From an uncultured Candidatus Saccharibacteria bacterium (lineage in GTDB: Bacteria; Patescibacteriota; Saccharimonadia; CAILAD01; BJGX01): a DNA stretch of 64,000 nucleotides. Shown piece by piece: positions 20,988 to 31,493 of the stretch (the stretch's first letter is position 1; each line of letters opens with the position of its first letter). The stretch lies in assembly GCA_964637185.1 (NCBI GenBank), contig CAZWVB010000001.1, positions 160,972 to 224,971 on the forward strand, given 5' to 3'. A model generated the notes under the pieces. It ran no database searches, was not told the DNA's origin, and saw only the letters and a list, made by a program, of their open reading frames with translations. The translations under genes were made by a program, and so were the position numbers.

Positions 20988-21374
20988 ATGGCCCGTATAG
21001 CTGGTACCACCATCCCTAATGAGAAGCGCGTCGAGATAGCTCTGACCTATATCTACGGTATTGGCTTGACTCGATCCCAACAGACTCTAAAAGCAGTCAA
21101 CATTGATCCAAATACTCGAGTCAAGGATCTGGATGAGAGTCAGCTCGGCTCATTGCGTGAATATATTGACACCAACTTTGTGGTCGAGGCGGACCTCAAC
21201 CGTGAAGTCAGTGGCAATATCAAACGACTCAAGGAGATTAAGGCCTACCGTGGTCTGCGTCATAGTGCCAAATTGCCGGTACGAGGCCAACGCACCAAGA
21301 CCAATGCTCGTACCAAGCGCGGTAAACGTGTCACTGTCGGTAGCGGTCGGGCTAAGGCAGCGGCTAAGACTTAG
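20988..21374 (+). CDS. rpsM: 30S ribosomal protein S13
   Basis: 128 aa. Confidence 0.95.
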   Translation: MARIAGTTIPNEKRVEIALTYIYGIGLTRSQQTLKAVNIDPNTRVKDLDESQLGSLREYIDTNFVVEADLNREVSGNIKRLKEIKAYRGLRHSAKLPVRGQRTKTNARTKRGKRVTVGSGRAKAAAKT

Positions 21375-21382
21375 GAATTATC

Positions 21383-21781
21383 ATGGCAGAATCAACTACT
21401 ACTACCAAGAGCAAGCGACGCAAGCGCAAGATCAACCTGAGCAAAGGCCAGGTCCATGTGCAGTCGACATTTAACAACACTATCGTGAGTATCACTGACG
21501 AGCGTGGTGCAGTTGTAGCCTGGGCAAGCTCCGGATCGGCTGGTTTCAAAGGTGCCCGCAAATCGACCCCATATGCGGCTCAGATAGCATCCGAAAAAGT
21601 ACTGAGTACTGCCAAAGATTTTGGGCTTAAGAAGGTCGATGTGATTGTCAAAGGCGTTGGTGGCGGACGCGAGTCTGCTATTCGCGCCCTTATGGCTGCT
21701 GGTATTGAGATAGGCTCGATTCGCGACATGACTGGTTTGCCACACAATGGCTGCCGACCAAGAAAGCCGAGGAGAGTCTAA
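21383..21781 (+). CDS. rpsK: 30S ribosomal protein S11
   Basis: 132 aa. Confidence 0.95.
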   Translation: MAESTTTTKSKRRKRKINLSKGQVHVQSTFNNTIVSITDERGAVVAWASSGSAGFKGARKSTPYAAQIASEKVLSTAKDFGLKKVDVIVKGVGGGRESAIRALMAAGIEIGSIRDMTGLPHNGCRPRKPRRV

Positions 21782-22392
21782 TGGCACGCTATACCGGACC
21801 AACTGCTAAGATATCACGCCGCGAAGGCATCGCCCTGCACCCCAAGGCCGTCAAGGCGCTTACCAAACGTAACTTTGTACCTGGCTTGCACGGCCAAGCT
21901 AGACGACCCAAACCAAGTGATTACGCGGTGCAGCTGCGTGAAAAACAAAAGGTTAAACGTCTCTATGGAGTACTTGAAAAACAGTTTCGTCGCTACGTCG
22001 ACGAAGCCGAGCGCCAAGAGGGTGTGAGTGGTGAGATACTACTGCAGCTACTGGAGCGTCGATTGGACAACACAGTGTATCGCATGGGCCTAGCTCAATC
22101 TCGTCAGGGGGCACGACAACTTGTCAGCCATGCTCATATGACTCTCAATGGCAAACGTGTCGATATCCCCTCAATCATAGTCAAACCAGGCGATGTGATA
22201 GCGGTGCGAGAATCCAGCCAGAAAAAACCATACTTCGCAGCCGTGTCAGAAGCTTTTGCAGCTACAACAGCGCCGAGCTGGTTGAAGATTGAACCTAAGA
22301 AGTATTCTGCTACAGTTACCAGCCTGCCGTTGCGCGAAGAAGTTACCGATCCGGTAGAAGAACAATTAATTATTGAGTTTTATTCACGCTAA
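21781..22392 (+). CDS. rpsD: 30S ribosomal protein S4
   Basis: 203 aa. S4 domain. Confidence 0.95.
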   Translation: MARYTGPTAKISRREGIALHPKAVKALTKRNFVPGLHGQARRPKPSDYAVQLREKQKVKRLYGVLEKQFRRYVDEAERQEGVSGEILLQLLERRLDNTVYRMGLAQSRQGARQLVSHAHMTLNGKRVDIPSIIVKPGDVIAVRESSQKKPYFAAVSEAFAATTAPSWLKIEPKKYSATVTSLPLREEVTDPVEEQLIIEFYSR

Positions 22393-22418
22393 TAAATAAC
22401 TTATAAGGAGTAAATGCG

Positions 22419-23354
22419 GTGTTGTACGATATCAACCTACCAGAACTAAAAGAAGACAAACAAGGCGACATGCGCTCGACTTTTACCGTCGAGCCGCTAT
22501 ACCCAGGCTATGGTATGACTCTTGGCAACTCGATGCGTCGAGTGCTGCTAAGTAGCTTGGCTGGTAGCGCTATTGTGGCTGCTAAGATCGAGGGAGTTAG
22601 CCACGAGTTCTCAACCGTAGCTGGCGTGCGTGAAGACATGATTGAACTATTGCTCAATCTCAAACAAGTTCGATTTAATTATGCTGGTGAAGAACCTATC
22701 GTCGCGACACTAAAGAAGACCGGTGCGGGTGTGGTTACTGCTGGCGACATCACTTGTCCCGCTGGGCTCGAGGTAGTCAATAAAGATCTTGAAATCGCCA
22801 ATCTAGATGGTGCTCGCAGCAAACTCGAGATGGAACTTCGCATTGATCGCGGTCGTGGCTACGCACCAGTAGAATCTCGTGCTGGTGAGAAATTGCCAGT
22901 CGGTATGATCGCAGTAGATGCCATCTATACTCCTATCCGTCGCGTTCGTTATCAGGTTGAAAACACTCGTGTTGGACAGAAGACCGATCTTGACAAGCTG
23001 CTGATTGAGGTTGAGACAGATGGTAGTATCACACCGCGCGATGCCGTGATGCAGGCCGCCGAGATCCTAGTCGGGCATTTTCAAGTGATCGCAGGTCACG
23101 ATGTCGTGTCGGTAGGCACCGGTGGTATTGTTACTGCAGCTGAGAAGCAAGAGGCTGATATGGCTAGCATTGGTGTTGATGAGGTCAACTTTAGCCCTCG
23201 TACCACCAACGCTCTGCTCAACAACGACATTCGCACCATCAAAGAGTTGATGGAGCTGAGTAGCGCCGACCTCAAAGAACTCAAGGGCTTTGGTGCCAAG
23301 GCTCTCGAAGAAGTAATCGCCAAGATGGAAGAGCTTGGTATCAAGAAGGATTAG
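22419..23354 (+). CDS. rpoA: DNA-directed RNA polymerase subunit alpha
   Basis: 311 aa with N-terminal and C-terminal domains. GTG start with AAGGAG 8 nt upstream. Confidence 0.95.
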   Translation: MLYDINLPELKEDKQGDMRSTFTVEPLYPGYGMTLGNSMRRVLLSSLAGSAIVAAKIEGVSHEFSTVAGVREDMIELLLNLKQVRFNYAGEEPIVATLKKTGAGVVTAGDITCPAGLEVVNKDLEIANLDGARSKLEMELRIDRGRGYAPVESRAGEKLPVGMIAVDAIYTPIRRVRYQVENTRVGQKTDLDKLLIEVETDGSITPRDAVMQAAEILVGHFQVIAGHDVVSVGTGGIVTAAEKQEADMASIGVDEVNFSPRTTNALLNNDIRTIKELMELSSADLKELKGFGAKALEEVIAKMEELGIKKD

Positions 23355-23373
23355 ATAGTAGAAGGATAAAACT

Positions 23374-23925
23374 ATGCACGCCCACGGTATACAACAGCGC
23401 AAATTGTCTCGACAGATCGGCCCCCGCCGGGCGCTGCTGCGTGGTCTGCTCGATGCACTGATCTTGTATGAACGTATTGAGACTACTGAGGCCAAGGCCA
23501 AGGAGCTCAAGCCGCGTTTTGATAAGCTGGTAACACTGGCCAAACGCCAAGATCTGCATAGCTACCGCATGATATTGAGCGAGGTCATCAACCCGGTTGC
23601 TGCACAGAAGCTCAACTATGAGCTAGTCAAAGGGTTTACTGGTCGCAACAGTGGCTATACGCGACTCATCAAGACTGGCAATCGTCGTGGTGACAATGCG
23701 CCAATGGTGGTAGTGGAGCTAGCGTTGGATGATAACTATGTCAAGCAAGCTGATGAGGCCGCCAAGAAGGCCGCCAAACCGGATGACAAAGCTGATTCAA
23801 AAAAGAAAGCCAAAGAAAGCAAGCATGACGAAGCTACAGTGGTTCGCAAAACCACTGCCAAAACTGACAAGCTTGGTGCCAATGTACGCAGCATCACTGG
23901 CCGCAATCGTCGAGGGGATAAATAA
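23374..23925 (+). CDS. rplQ: 50S ribosomal protein L17 with a lysine/alanine-rich C-terminal extension
   Basis: 183 aa. An L17 core followed by a ~60-aa K/A/D-rich tail. Confidence 0.93.
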   Translation: MHAHGIQQRKLSRQIGPRRALLRGLLDALILYERIETTEAKAKELKPRFDKLVTLAKRQDLHSYRMILSEVINPVAAQKLNYELVKGFTGRNSGYTRLIKTGNRRGDNAPMVVVELALDDNYVKQADEAAKKAAKPDDKADSKKKAKESKHDEATVVRKTTAKTDKLGANVRSITGRNRRGDK

Positions 23926-23927
23926 CT

Positions 23928-24368
23928 ATGAATACTGTCACCAAAACTTACAATCAAAAGCCAGCCGAGGTAGATGCCAAATGGTATTTAGTGGATGCTA
24001 GCGGCCAAACCCTTGGGCGCCTGGCTACACAGCTAGCCACCATACTTGCAGGTAAGCACAAACCTACCTATACACCACACGTAGTTGGCGGTGATGTAGT
24101 CGTGGTGGTCAATGCCAGCAAGATTAAAGTGACTGGCAATAAGCTTGCTGACAAGCAATACTACCGACACAGTGGCTACCCTGGTGGTATCAAGCAGATC
24201 AATCTCAGTGATCAGCTCAAAAAACATCCTGAGCGTGTTATCGAGCATGCGGTGGCTGGTATGCTACCAAAGAACAAGTTGCAGGCTGTAATGTTGCATA
24301 ATCTCAAGGTTTTTGCTGGCCCTGAGCATAGTCACGAAGGCCAGAAGCCGGAGAAATTAGAGGTATAA
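23928..24368 (+). CDS. rplM: 50S ribosomal protein L13
   Basis: 146 aa. Confidence 0.95.
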   Translation: MNTVTKTYNQKPAEVDAKWYLVDASGQTLGRLATQLATILAGKHKPTYTPHVVGGDVVVVVNASKIKVTGNKLADKQYYRHSGYPGGIKQINLSDQLKKHPERVIEHAVAGMLPKNKLQAVMLHNLKVFAGPEHSHEGQKPEKLEV

Positions 24369-24369
24369 T

Positions 24370-24789
24370 ATGGCAGAATCAACCACAACCAAGACCAAAA
24401 ATGACTTTTATGGTGCCGTTGGCCGCCGCAAGAGCTCAATTGTTACAGTACGCCTGACAGCTGGCAAAGGTGTATTTACTGTCAATGGTGATACCAAACT
24501 TGAAGATTACTTTGCTACCCGCACACAAGTCGATCTTGTACAACAGCCACTGAAATTGGTTGGCAAACTCAAAGATGTTGATGTCAATCTGCAAGCTCAT
24601 GGTGGCGGCAAGGCTGGTCAGGCCGATGCTGCTGTGCTAGCAATTGCTCGTGCTCTTACTGAAATGGGCCCGGATTTTCGTACGTCGCTTAAAAAAGCTG
24701 GTTTTCTTACCCGAGATCCGCGCGAGAAAGAGCGTAAGAAATACGGGCTTAAGAAGGCTCGTAAAGCTCCTCAGTTCTCCAAACGTTAG
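24370..24789 (+). CDS. rpsI: 30S ribosomal protein S9
   Basis: 139 aa. Ends ...PQFSKR. Confidence 0.95.
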   Translation: MAESTTTKTKNDFYGAVGRRKSSIVTVRLTAGKGVFTVNGDTKLEDYFATRTQVDLVQQPLKLVGKLKDVDVNLQAHGGGKAGQADAAVLAIARALTEMGPDFRTSLKKAGFLTRDPREKERKKYGLKKARKAPQFSKR

Positions 24790-24801
24790 TCGGCATTTAT
24801 C

Positions 24802-24829
24802 AAAAAAGACCCTCCAAGGGGTCTTTTTT
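24802..24829 (+). terminator. Rho-independent terminator after rpsI
   Basis: AGACCC-tccaag-GGGTCTTTTTTG. Confidence 0.7.
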
Positions 24830-24932
24830 GATATGATCTTCCGAAATATTCTAGCTTGCTAAAATGCTTTGGAGGACCTTCCGACGAGTCGCATTCGTCG
24901 GAAAGCTGGCCCAATCGGACTGTCGTTGATCT

Positions 24933-25400
24933 TCAGACCGGCACGTGTTCATCCATCAGCCCTAGGTGGCAGATGTAGGCCTGGCCACGCTCGGCGTTGA
25001 CCAGCTGGAAGATCGGGTCCTCGATGGTGGCCTGTGCGTCAGCGAGCAGGTACTCGATGCCGTGGATGCACCACTCGTCGGGGCGATCGACGTGGGCTGT
25101 CTTGAAGAAGATCCCGTAGGTGGCTTCCGCCGAATCGTCCGGCGGGCTCCCGATCACGTAGGTGAAGTCCACCATGACGTGCTCACGCCAGGCCGCGCGG
25201 ATCCTGAGGTCGTTCTCGGGGTGCACGGGCGCATCCGGCTGGCCCCGGTAGTGGTCGCGGATGAGCGAGACCGTGAGCTCGTCGGCGAACTTCTCGGCTG
25301 CCGATTTGCTCTTGAACAGCGCCACAGGACAAGTCCGGTCGGCCCAGAGGTTGCCGAAGCGCTGTGGCTTGAACACCACATAGCGATCTGCAGAGGTCAT
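24933..25400 (-). CDS. Hypothetical protein (~155 aa), GC-rich islet
   Basis: ORF track 24933..25454. The likely start is the ATG at 25400 (MTSADRYVVF...) with GGGAG 8 nt upstream. The GC-rich hairpin TTCCGACGAgtcgcaTTCGTCGGAA at 24881-24906 is a likely terminator for this gene. Confidence 0.5.
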   Translation of the reverse strand: MTSADRYVVFKPQRFGNLWADRTCPVALFKSKSAAEKFADELTVSLIRDHYRGQPDAPVHPENDLRIRAAWREHVMVDFTYVIGSPPDDSAEATYGIFFKTAHVDRPDEWCIHGIEYLLADAQATIEDPIFQLVNAERGQAYICHLGLMDEHVPV

Positions 25401-25477
25401 TAGCATCTCCCGTTGTCGAGGTATTGCCTGATTTGGACTGTTGCATTTTATCATAAAATAGTAATAAAATCAAGTAT

Positions 25478-25506
25478 TTTTATTAACCAACCAGATGGGC
25501 TATAAT
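25478..25506 (+). promoter_or_regulatory. Promoter with CCAGATGGgc, then -10 TATAAT, 7 nt before the ATG (leaderless candidate)
   Basis: CCAGATGG at 25491-25498, TATAAT at 25501-25506, ATG at 25514. No SD. Confidence 0.45.
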
Positions 25507-25513
25507 ACTTGTT

Positions 25514-26497
25514 ATGATTATTGAGCGCAAAACATTATCGAAGCTCATAGCTGTTGTAGTAGGTGTAGTTTTGCTTGGAGGATTTTTATTCTCATGGAGT
25601 GAGGGCGTGGGTGTAGATGAGGGCCTTTATCGCTCGACCTATATTTTGCTCAGTCATCACGACAACTTTCATATGGAGAGCCCACTAGCTCGTTGGGGTA
25701 TCATTATACTGATCATAGCAAGCTTGGTCATTCTCGCATATTTGCTTAAGCTGTTTGGAGAATATATTATTAACTTAGGAGACTCTTTTAAGAGACAAAA
25801 AGTGCGCGCACAATTATCCAAGATCAAAGACCATTATATAGTATGTGGCCTGGGCCGAGTCGGTTCTCAGGTGGCTCGTGAATTAGCCGACGAAGAAGTG
25901 CCATTTGTGGCTATTGACCGTGATGAAGAAAAGGTAAAAGAAGCTCTCAAACTCGGCTACACTGCATTTGTAGGAGACAGTAGTGATGAGGCCGTACTGC
26001 AAAAAGCCCATATTGAGCAAGCTCGAGGCCTCGTCACGGCTTTGGGCGAGGACTATCACAACCTGTTTGTGACCCTTGCGGCCCGACAGATCAATCCAAG
26101 CTTGTTCATAGTGGCCAGAGTCAATCGCGAGACCAACATGCAACGTATGGTACAAGCTGGTGCCGACAAAGTAGCTTTGCCGGCACAGATCGGTGCCTTC
26201 CATATGGCCAGTATGGTATTGCGCCCCAATGTAGTAGATTTTCTAGATGTCCTGAGCTCCAACCGCAGCAGCGAGCTCCAAATTGAAGAGATAGAAGTAC
26301 CCAAGTACTCCAAAGCGGTGGGTGGACGACTTCACAGCTTGATTGAGCAGCAAACTGGCACGACATTTTTGGCCCTCAACAACCGCGATGGTCGTAGCAA
26401 GGTCAACCCCACTGGGCGCGAGATACTTTATCCAGGTGATAAGTTGATAGTCATGGGCACCAAAGCCCAATTAGAATCACTTAACACTCACATTTAG
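25514..26497 (+). CDS. Potassium channel/transporter family protein with 2 N-terminal TM helices plus TrkA-N (RCK) and TrkA-C domains
   Basis: The Rossmann motif VCGLGRVGSQVARELADEEVPFVAIDRDEE (GxGxxG) is TrkA_N. The C-terminal ...EIEVPKYSKAVGGRLHSL...GDKLIVMG segment is TrkA_C. There is no canonical TVGYGD selectivity filter. Confidence 0.7.
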   Translation: MIIERKTLSKLIAVVVGVVLLGGFLFSWSEGVGVDEGLYRSTYILLSHHDNFHMESPLARWGIIILIIASLVILAYLLKLFGEYIINLGDSFKRQKVRAQLSKIKDHYIVCGLGRVGSQVARELADEEVPFVAIDRDEEKVKEALKLGYTAFVGDSSDEAVLQKAHIEQARGLVTALGEDYHNLFVTLAARQINPSLFIVARVNRETNMQRMVQAGADKVALPAQIGAFHMASMVLRPNVVDFLDVLSSNRSSELQIEEIEVPKYSKAVGGRLHSLIEQQTGTTFLALNNRDGRSKVNPTGREILYPGDKLIVMGTKAQLESLNTHI

Positions 26498-26570
26498 TAT
26501 TTTCCAATTTCCATAGGAACTAGGCTCTATAAAATTGCTATTCTTGGCCGATGCCTGGATAATATAGGGT

Positions 26571-27245
26571 ATGGAGAGTGCCTACCCAGATATACCCATC
26601 ATCTATAGTGATGCCAATGTGATTGTTATCAACAAACCAGCTGGTGTACTCACACACCCAACACCCAGTAAGCCTGATGTGTACTCGGTGGCGTCGGCCT
26701 TTGTAGACAAGATAGACGATCCTGACCCAATGCGTGCTGGCATAGTGCACCGACTGGATCGAGATACATCCGGTGTGATGATACTGGCGCGCAATCTCGA
26801 AACTAAGCAGTTTTTGCAGACACAGTTCAAACAAAGAGAGGTCAACAAGGTATATTTAGCATTGATTTGGGGTAACCCCAAACTCACCATGGCGCGGATA
26901 GAATTACCCATAAGCCACAGCGGACAGACTACTACCAAGATGAAAGTTAGTTCAACAGGCAAGATGGCGATTTCTGAATATCGAGTACGACAACAGTACG
27001 AAAAGTTTAGTTTGGTCGAAGTACAGCTCATGACAGGTCGTATGCACCAAATCAGGGTGCATTTTGCCCACCTGGGCAATCCGGTAGTGGGTGATCCTAT
27101 ATATAGTCGACAACCATTGCCTGATGGGCTCGGCCGCATGTTTTTGCATGCAGCTGAGCTGAGTCTGGAGATAGCCCCGGGTCAGAAGAGAAGTTATGAA
27201 GCACCCCTACCAGCTGATCTCGAAAGGTTTTTGCATAGCTTATGA
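26571..27245 (+). CDS. RluA-family pseudouridine synthase (no S4 domain)
   Basis: The catalytic motif HRLDRDTSGVMILAR and ...QIRVH... are RluA/RsuA family signatures. Confidence 0.8.
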   Translation: MESAYPDIPIIYSDANVIVINKPAGVLTHPTPSKPDVYSVASAFVDKIDDPDPMRAGIVHRLDRDTSGVMILARNLETKQFLQTQFKQREVNKVYLALIWGNPKLTMARIELPISHSGQTTTKMKVSSTGKMAISEYRVRQQYEKFSLVEVQLMTGRMHQIRVHFAHLGNPVVGDPIYSRQPLPDGLGRMFLHAAELSLEIAPGQKRSYEAPLPADLERFLHSL

Positions 27246-28066
27246 GTGCCATATCACCAGATCAACTATTGCATCCCACCACCCATGTCAGGATGATGTC
27301 TGCACTACAGCTTCGGCATCATGCCTATTTACTAGAAGGCATGTTGGAGCAGGGCAGTAAAGAGATTGCTAGTTGGATGCTGCATAGTTTGGATGATGGG
27401 TTGGTGACTTCGGAGATTAAGCTGGTCGAACCAGTTGATGGCCGAGCGATAGGCTTGGCACAGATCAGAGAGTTGATAGAACATATGTGGCGTACGCCAC
27501 CGCGCGCTAGTGGTATTCGAGCTGGCATAGTGCTGCAGGCTGAGCGCATGAGTACAGAAGCAGCCAATGCGCTGCTAAAGCTACTTGAAGAGCCACCAGA
27601 CAAAGCTATGTTGGTACTTACGGCTGGTAACTCACATCAGCTACTAGATACCATAAGATCACGAGTGTTGATAGTGCCAGTACTTGCACTAGAAAATAAG
27701 CAACTACTTGATCTGATACCAACTGATAGCGCGGCTGAAATAGCCGAGTTATCACATGGCTTGCCGCTGCGCGCTCAAGAGCTGGTTGATACTCCCGATG
27801 CACTTTCTGAGGCTCGACAGTGGCACCAGCAGATCGATCACTTCTTGATTGGTGATTTACCAACGCGATTTGCTGTAGTGGGTGAGGTGGTCAAACAATC
27901 ACGAGCTGAAGAGTTTGTACGCGATCTGCTCTACACATTTGGCCAAAAGTCTTCTATACTAGAGCGGTCAGCTGAGATAGAGGCAAGTATTTGGTGTTTG
28001 GGTGCTTTGGAGGCACATGTGCAACCAAAGTTGGTTCTAGAATGGCTGGCCCTACAAATATCATGA
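27242..28066 (+). CDS. holB: DNA polymerase III delta' subunit-like clamp-loader protein
   Basis: ANALLKLLEEPP and TIRSRV (SRC-like) motifs. The P-loop is degenerate (HAYLLEG...), as is typical for delta'. Confidence 0.65.
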   Translation: MSAISPDQLLHPTTHVRMMSALQLRHHAYLLEGMLEQGSKEIASWMLHSLDDGLVTSEIKLVEPVDGRAIGLAQIRELIEHMWRTPPRASGIRAGIVLQAERMSTEAANALLKLLEEPPDKAMLVLTAGNSHQLLDTIRSRVLIVPVLALENKQLLDLIPTDSAAEIAELSHGLPLRAQELVDTPDALSEARQWHQQIDHFLIGDLPTRFAVVGEVVKQSRAEEFVRDLLYTFGQKSSILERSAEIEASIWCLGALEAHVQPKLVLEWLALQIS

Positions 28067-28755
28067 TTCTAGAAGTAATACTAATTATACTCTTGGCTAT
28101 AATTGCTTATAGTGCTATAGTCACACGTCGTAGCCGGTTGGCTTCGGCTCTTATTAGCACAAGTAGTAGCAATGCTATCTCGCATGATGATCAGCTAGAT
28201 TCATTACTGGAGATAGCTGGTCGTTATTATCAAGAGCGCAATTATTTAGCTGCCGAAAAAGCCTACCTAAAAGTACTCAAGATAGACCACAAAAACAGTT
28301 TGGCCTATAGTCGACTTGGATTTATTTACTCCAATCTTGGCAATACCGAAGATGCTATAGAATGTTTTCAGATTGTAGCTCAGATGTATCCCAATGCTGC
28401 TAGCTATCATAACCTAGCTATGATGTATTTCAAAAATCGCGACTATACTGCTTCAGTCGAAGCGCTGGAAAAATCTGTGCACATTGAGCCCAACGTCAAT
28501 CGCTTCATCACACTAGCGCGCATATATCGCATCTTGCACAAATTCCACAAACAGATTGATTGTCTCAATGAAGCACTCAAGCTCGAGCCCAAGAATGTTG
28601 ATATCTTACAACTTCAGGCCGAAGCCTATATGCATGAAAAAGACGAGGCGGCAGCCAAAAAAGTATTTCGCACTATTCTAAAAATTGATCCAGACAATCA
28701 GCGAGCTCGAGCAGCGCTCAAGCCACCCAAGCAGGTACGTAAGGTACGTCAGTAA
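28063..28755 (+). CDS. TPR-repeat protein with an N-terminal TM anchor
   Basis: ATGA overlap with the holB stop. TM helix ILEVILIILLAIIAYSAIV. Several TPR-like repeats (AYLKVLKIDHKNSLAYSRLGFIY..., AMMYFKNRDYTASVEALEKSV...). Confidence 0.65.
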   Translation: MILEVILIILLAIIAYSAIVTRRSRLASALISTSSSNAISHDDQLDSLLEIAGRYYQERNYLAAEKAYLKVLKIDHKNSLAYSRLGFIYSNLGNTEDAIECFQIVAQMYPNAASYHNLAMMYFKNRDYTASVEALEKSVHIEPNVNRFITLARIYRILHKFHKQIDCLNEALKLEPKNVDILQLQAEAYMHEKDEAAAKKVFRTILKIDPDNQRARAALKPPKQVRKVRQ

Positions 28756-28758
28756 ATA

Positions 28759-30372
28759 CTAACCGAGTGCCTTTGGGCCCGGCTTGTTTTGTGGTAGCCG
28801 TATTGAAGCTAGCAGTCCTAGCAAACTCATAATACCTAGTGCTATAAATACCCGACTCAAGGCGGTCTGACGAGCCTGGGCATTGATATCTACGACTTGT
28901 TGAGAAACATTGGCCGGAAGAGTGGTCGTAGCAGCTTCGATCTGAGCGTTGCTTGCTATCTGGGCATTTGCCTCTACCGCGGCCGAGAGTTGTGATTTCT
29001 GCTGTGCATTAAGTACAGTATTTTGATCGATGAGCTGAGTGCTGACATTTATAAGTGATGCGATGAGCAGTACGCCACCAACAGCAGTGCCGAGGCTCAT
29101 GCCCAAGTTTTGAAAGGTGGCCATCAGCCCAGAAGTCTCACTAGAGTCATGCAATGACACCGCACTTTGTACCAGATTTTGCAACTGCGACATGATAATA
29201 CCGACACCAGCGCCAGCCAATGCTATGCCAGGCACCAGTGCCCAACCGCTGGTAGCACGAGTGGCGGTGAGGCCCATCAACAACACGCCTGCAAAGATAA
29301 TCACAAAACCAGCGCGGATGATATAGCGTGGTGCAAATTTTTGTGCCATCACTGGTCCACGGCTTGCAAATAACATGATCATGATAGAGAGTGGAAGTAT
29401 AGTAAGCCCAGAAAGTAGAGCGTTGTAGCCTAGCTCGATCTGTGTAAAAAGCGCCAGAGTATACATAGCTCCGCCTAGTAAAAAGTATAGCGTGATGATA
29501 CTGCCAAGACCTGATTGTACTACGTGATTGCCAAACAATCTAAGGTGCACCAATACATCGCGGTGTTTTTTGGTACGCCAGAGTTCCCATGCTACAAACA
29601 TTGCAAGTATTATCACACCAGCTATTACGAATATCACAGTTGGTGATACTTGGCCTGGCTGCAAAACGACTTGGCCATTGAGCTCAAATGGTGCTCGGGC
29701 TCGGAAAAAGCCGTAGGTGCTGGCCAGCAGTATACCTTGTACTATGGTGTACATGCCGGCTGCGGTTAGACCTACGCCGAGCCAATCTAGCTTTGGTTTG
29801 ACATCCAGCTCTTCAGTATCATGGATTGCTTTGCTGTTGATCAATATAAATAACACTATCAGAACCTCACCAGCAAACACTAGTCGCCAACTTGCATAGG
29901 TTGTAAGCAGTCCTCCCACGATAGGGCCAATCGCTGCACCGATAGCAGCCATGGCAGCGAGAGTGCCGTAGGCCTTGACCCTGCGCGGACCAGCTCCAAA
30001 GTTACTGGCAATTAGTGATATCATAGCCGGCACTACTAGTGCGGCGCCGAGTCCTTCTAGCAGCGACCAGCCGAATTTGAGCACATTGATGTTGGGCGCC
30101 AGTGAGGTAATCAATGATCCTGTGCCGTAGACCAGCAGACCAATTATCAGAGCCTTCTTGCGGCCAATTACGTCGCCGATCTTGGCACCTGCTATCATAA
30201 ATGCTGCCATTACCAAGGTATAGAATGCAATAGCGCTTTGAACAGCTGAGACAGTTGTGTCGAGGTCTTTGACCAGCGTGCTGATAGACACATTCATGAC
30301 TGTTGAGTCCAGTGTCAGAATCAACTGGGCCATGCATAGCAATATCAGTACCCATCGTTCGGATTTGTTCAT
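28759..30372 (-). CDS. MFS transporter, DHA2 (EmrB/QacA)-like, 14 TM, with a hydrophilic C-terminal extension
   Basis: 537 aa with an MFS signature region (GAKIGDVIGRKKALIIGL) and 14 predicted TM helices. CGATCTGG plus TATGAT lie 6 nt upstream of the ATG on the minus strand (30379-30392). Confidence 0.8.
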   Translation of the reverse strand: MNKSERWVLILLCMAQLILTLDSTVMNVSISTLVKDLDTTVSAVQSAIAFYTLVMAAFMIAGAKIGDVIGRKKALIIGLLVYGTGSLITSLAPNINVLKFGWSLLEGLGAALVVPAMISLIASNFGAGPRRVKAYGTLAAMAAIGAAIGPIVGGLLTTYASWRLVFAGEVLIVLFILINSKAIHDTEELDVKPKLDWLGVGLTAAGMYTIVQGILLASTYGFFRARAPFELNGQVVLQPGQVSPTVIFVIAGVIILAMFVAWELWRTKKHRDVLVHLRLFGNHVVQSGLGSIITLYFLLGGAMYTLALFTQIELGYNALLSGLTILPLSIMIMLFASRGPVMAQKFAPRYIIRAGFVIIFAGVLLMGLTATRATSGWALVPGIALAGAGVGIIMSQLQNLVQSAVSLHDSSETSGLMATFQNLGMSLGTAVGGVLLIASLINVSTQLIDQNTVLNAQQKSQLSAAVEANAQIASNAQIEAATTTLPANVSQQVVDINAQARQTALSRVFIALGIMSLLGLLASIRLPQNKPGPKALG

Positions 30373-30429
30373 AGTCTTATCATACCAGATCGCGGCTGTA
30401 TCGCGCTAGCTAGCCGCTATGGCTAGATA

Positions 30430-30678
30430 TCAGATACCCAATATCTGTTTTTTCTTGGCAGCAAACTCTTCTTCAGTCAAGATTCCTTGATCTTTGAGTT
30501 GGCTAAGTTGCTGAAGTTGGGCTGTGGTGTCGTCAGCGGCAGGTGCGGCAGCTGGCTGCGCAGGCTGATCTTCGTTGGCCCAGCGGCGAGCTTGTCGACG
30601 ACTAACATTGTTGGATACGGCGGTGGCGGTACCAGCTACTACAGCAGTACGCGCCATGCCCCTTAGCAATCCTGGCAT
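30430..30678 (-). CDS. SHOCT-domain small protein
   Basis: C-terminal LQQLSQLKDQGILTEEEFAAKKKQILG matches the SHOCT (short C-terminal domain) pattern. Confidence 0.6.
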   Translation of the reverse strand: MPGLLRGMARTAVVAGTATAVSNNVSRRQARRWANEDQPAQPAAAPAADDTTAQLQQLSQLKDQGILTEEEFAAKKKQILGI

Positions 30679-31095
30679 CTATTTATCCTCCTTGTTAAGT
30701 TCTGCTTCAGCATCCGGGTGAATGCGACCTTCTGCTAGCAAGCTACCACCAGCATCCATGATGGCACTCTTGAGATCCTTGGCCCACAGATGCTCTATTA
30801 CCAGCAGGCCGGCAACTGAGCCGTTGTCCAGTAATTCGGCTACCTCGGCTATGTCGTCGTCGCCAACCATACCGGACTGCAAGCCTTTGGCTTTAGCAAA
30901 CTCGGTGATCACTTCATCATCTATTTGATCTAACTCCACGGCTGCAACATTGCCATCTTTGTCCTTGGTAATTAGGGCAAGATCCAAAACCGCAATGGTG
31001 CCGTCGTTGGTGGCTTTTTCCAGAGCCTTGAGTATTTTGCCTTGGAATTTGGCTTTTTTAAATTCTACTATTATGAAATCGATTGGTCCGCGCAT
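30679..31095 (-). CDS. Hypothetical protein (138 aa), possibly a DUF1269/DUF6325-like partner of SHOCT proteins
   Basis: Directly abuts the SHOCT gene. Begins MRGPIDFIIVEF... The family assignment is uncertain. Confidence 0.4.
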   Translation of the reverse strand: MRGPIDFIIVEFKKAKFQGKILKALEKATNDGTIAVLDLALITKDKDGNVAAVELDQIDDEVITEFAKAKGLQSGMVGDDDIAEVAELLDNGSVAGLLVIEHLWAKDLKSAIMDAGGSLLAEGRIHPDAEAELNKEDK

Positions 31096-31106
31096 ATTAT
31101 CTTCCT

Positions 31107-31493
31107 TTAATTCTTAGTTTTATTAGCTTGTTTTTGTATCTGCTCCAATTCATCTTGATGTTTGACCATCTTAACATTTAAATAACTAATTAGTGAGCTT
31201 ATGGCAGCTGCAAATATTAGGTATACTATGATGGCAAATAATGCACTTGCGCTAAAATAGCCTGTTTGCCCAACTGGATGAGTCGCAAAGATACCACGAA
31301 ATGGCGCCATAAATTCATAAGCTATGTTGTAAACAAACTGGACAAATGGTGTATTGGCATTTGCCCCAAAAAGCAACATAAAAAATCCAAATGTTAGTGA
31401 AATTACCGCAACGATAGTAAACGCGTACACTACATATGAGATTGCTCGTGTAAACTTGATAAAAATAAGCGTTGAATCAGATGGTTTTTGCAC
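31107..31493 (-). CDS. Hypothetical membrane protein (128 aa, 3 TM)
   Basis: Hydrophobic helices. No recognised motif. Confidence 0.45.
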   Translation of the reverse strand: MQKPSDSTLIFIKFTRAISYVVYAFTIVAVISLTFGFFMLLFGANANTPFVQFVYNIAYEFMAPFRGIFATHPVGQTGYFSASALFAIIVYLIFAAAISSLISYLNVKMVKHQDELEQIQKQANKTKN

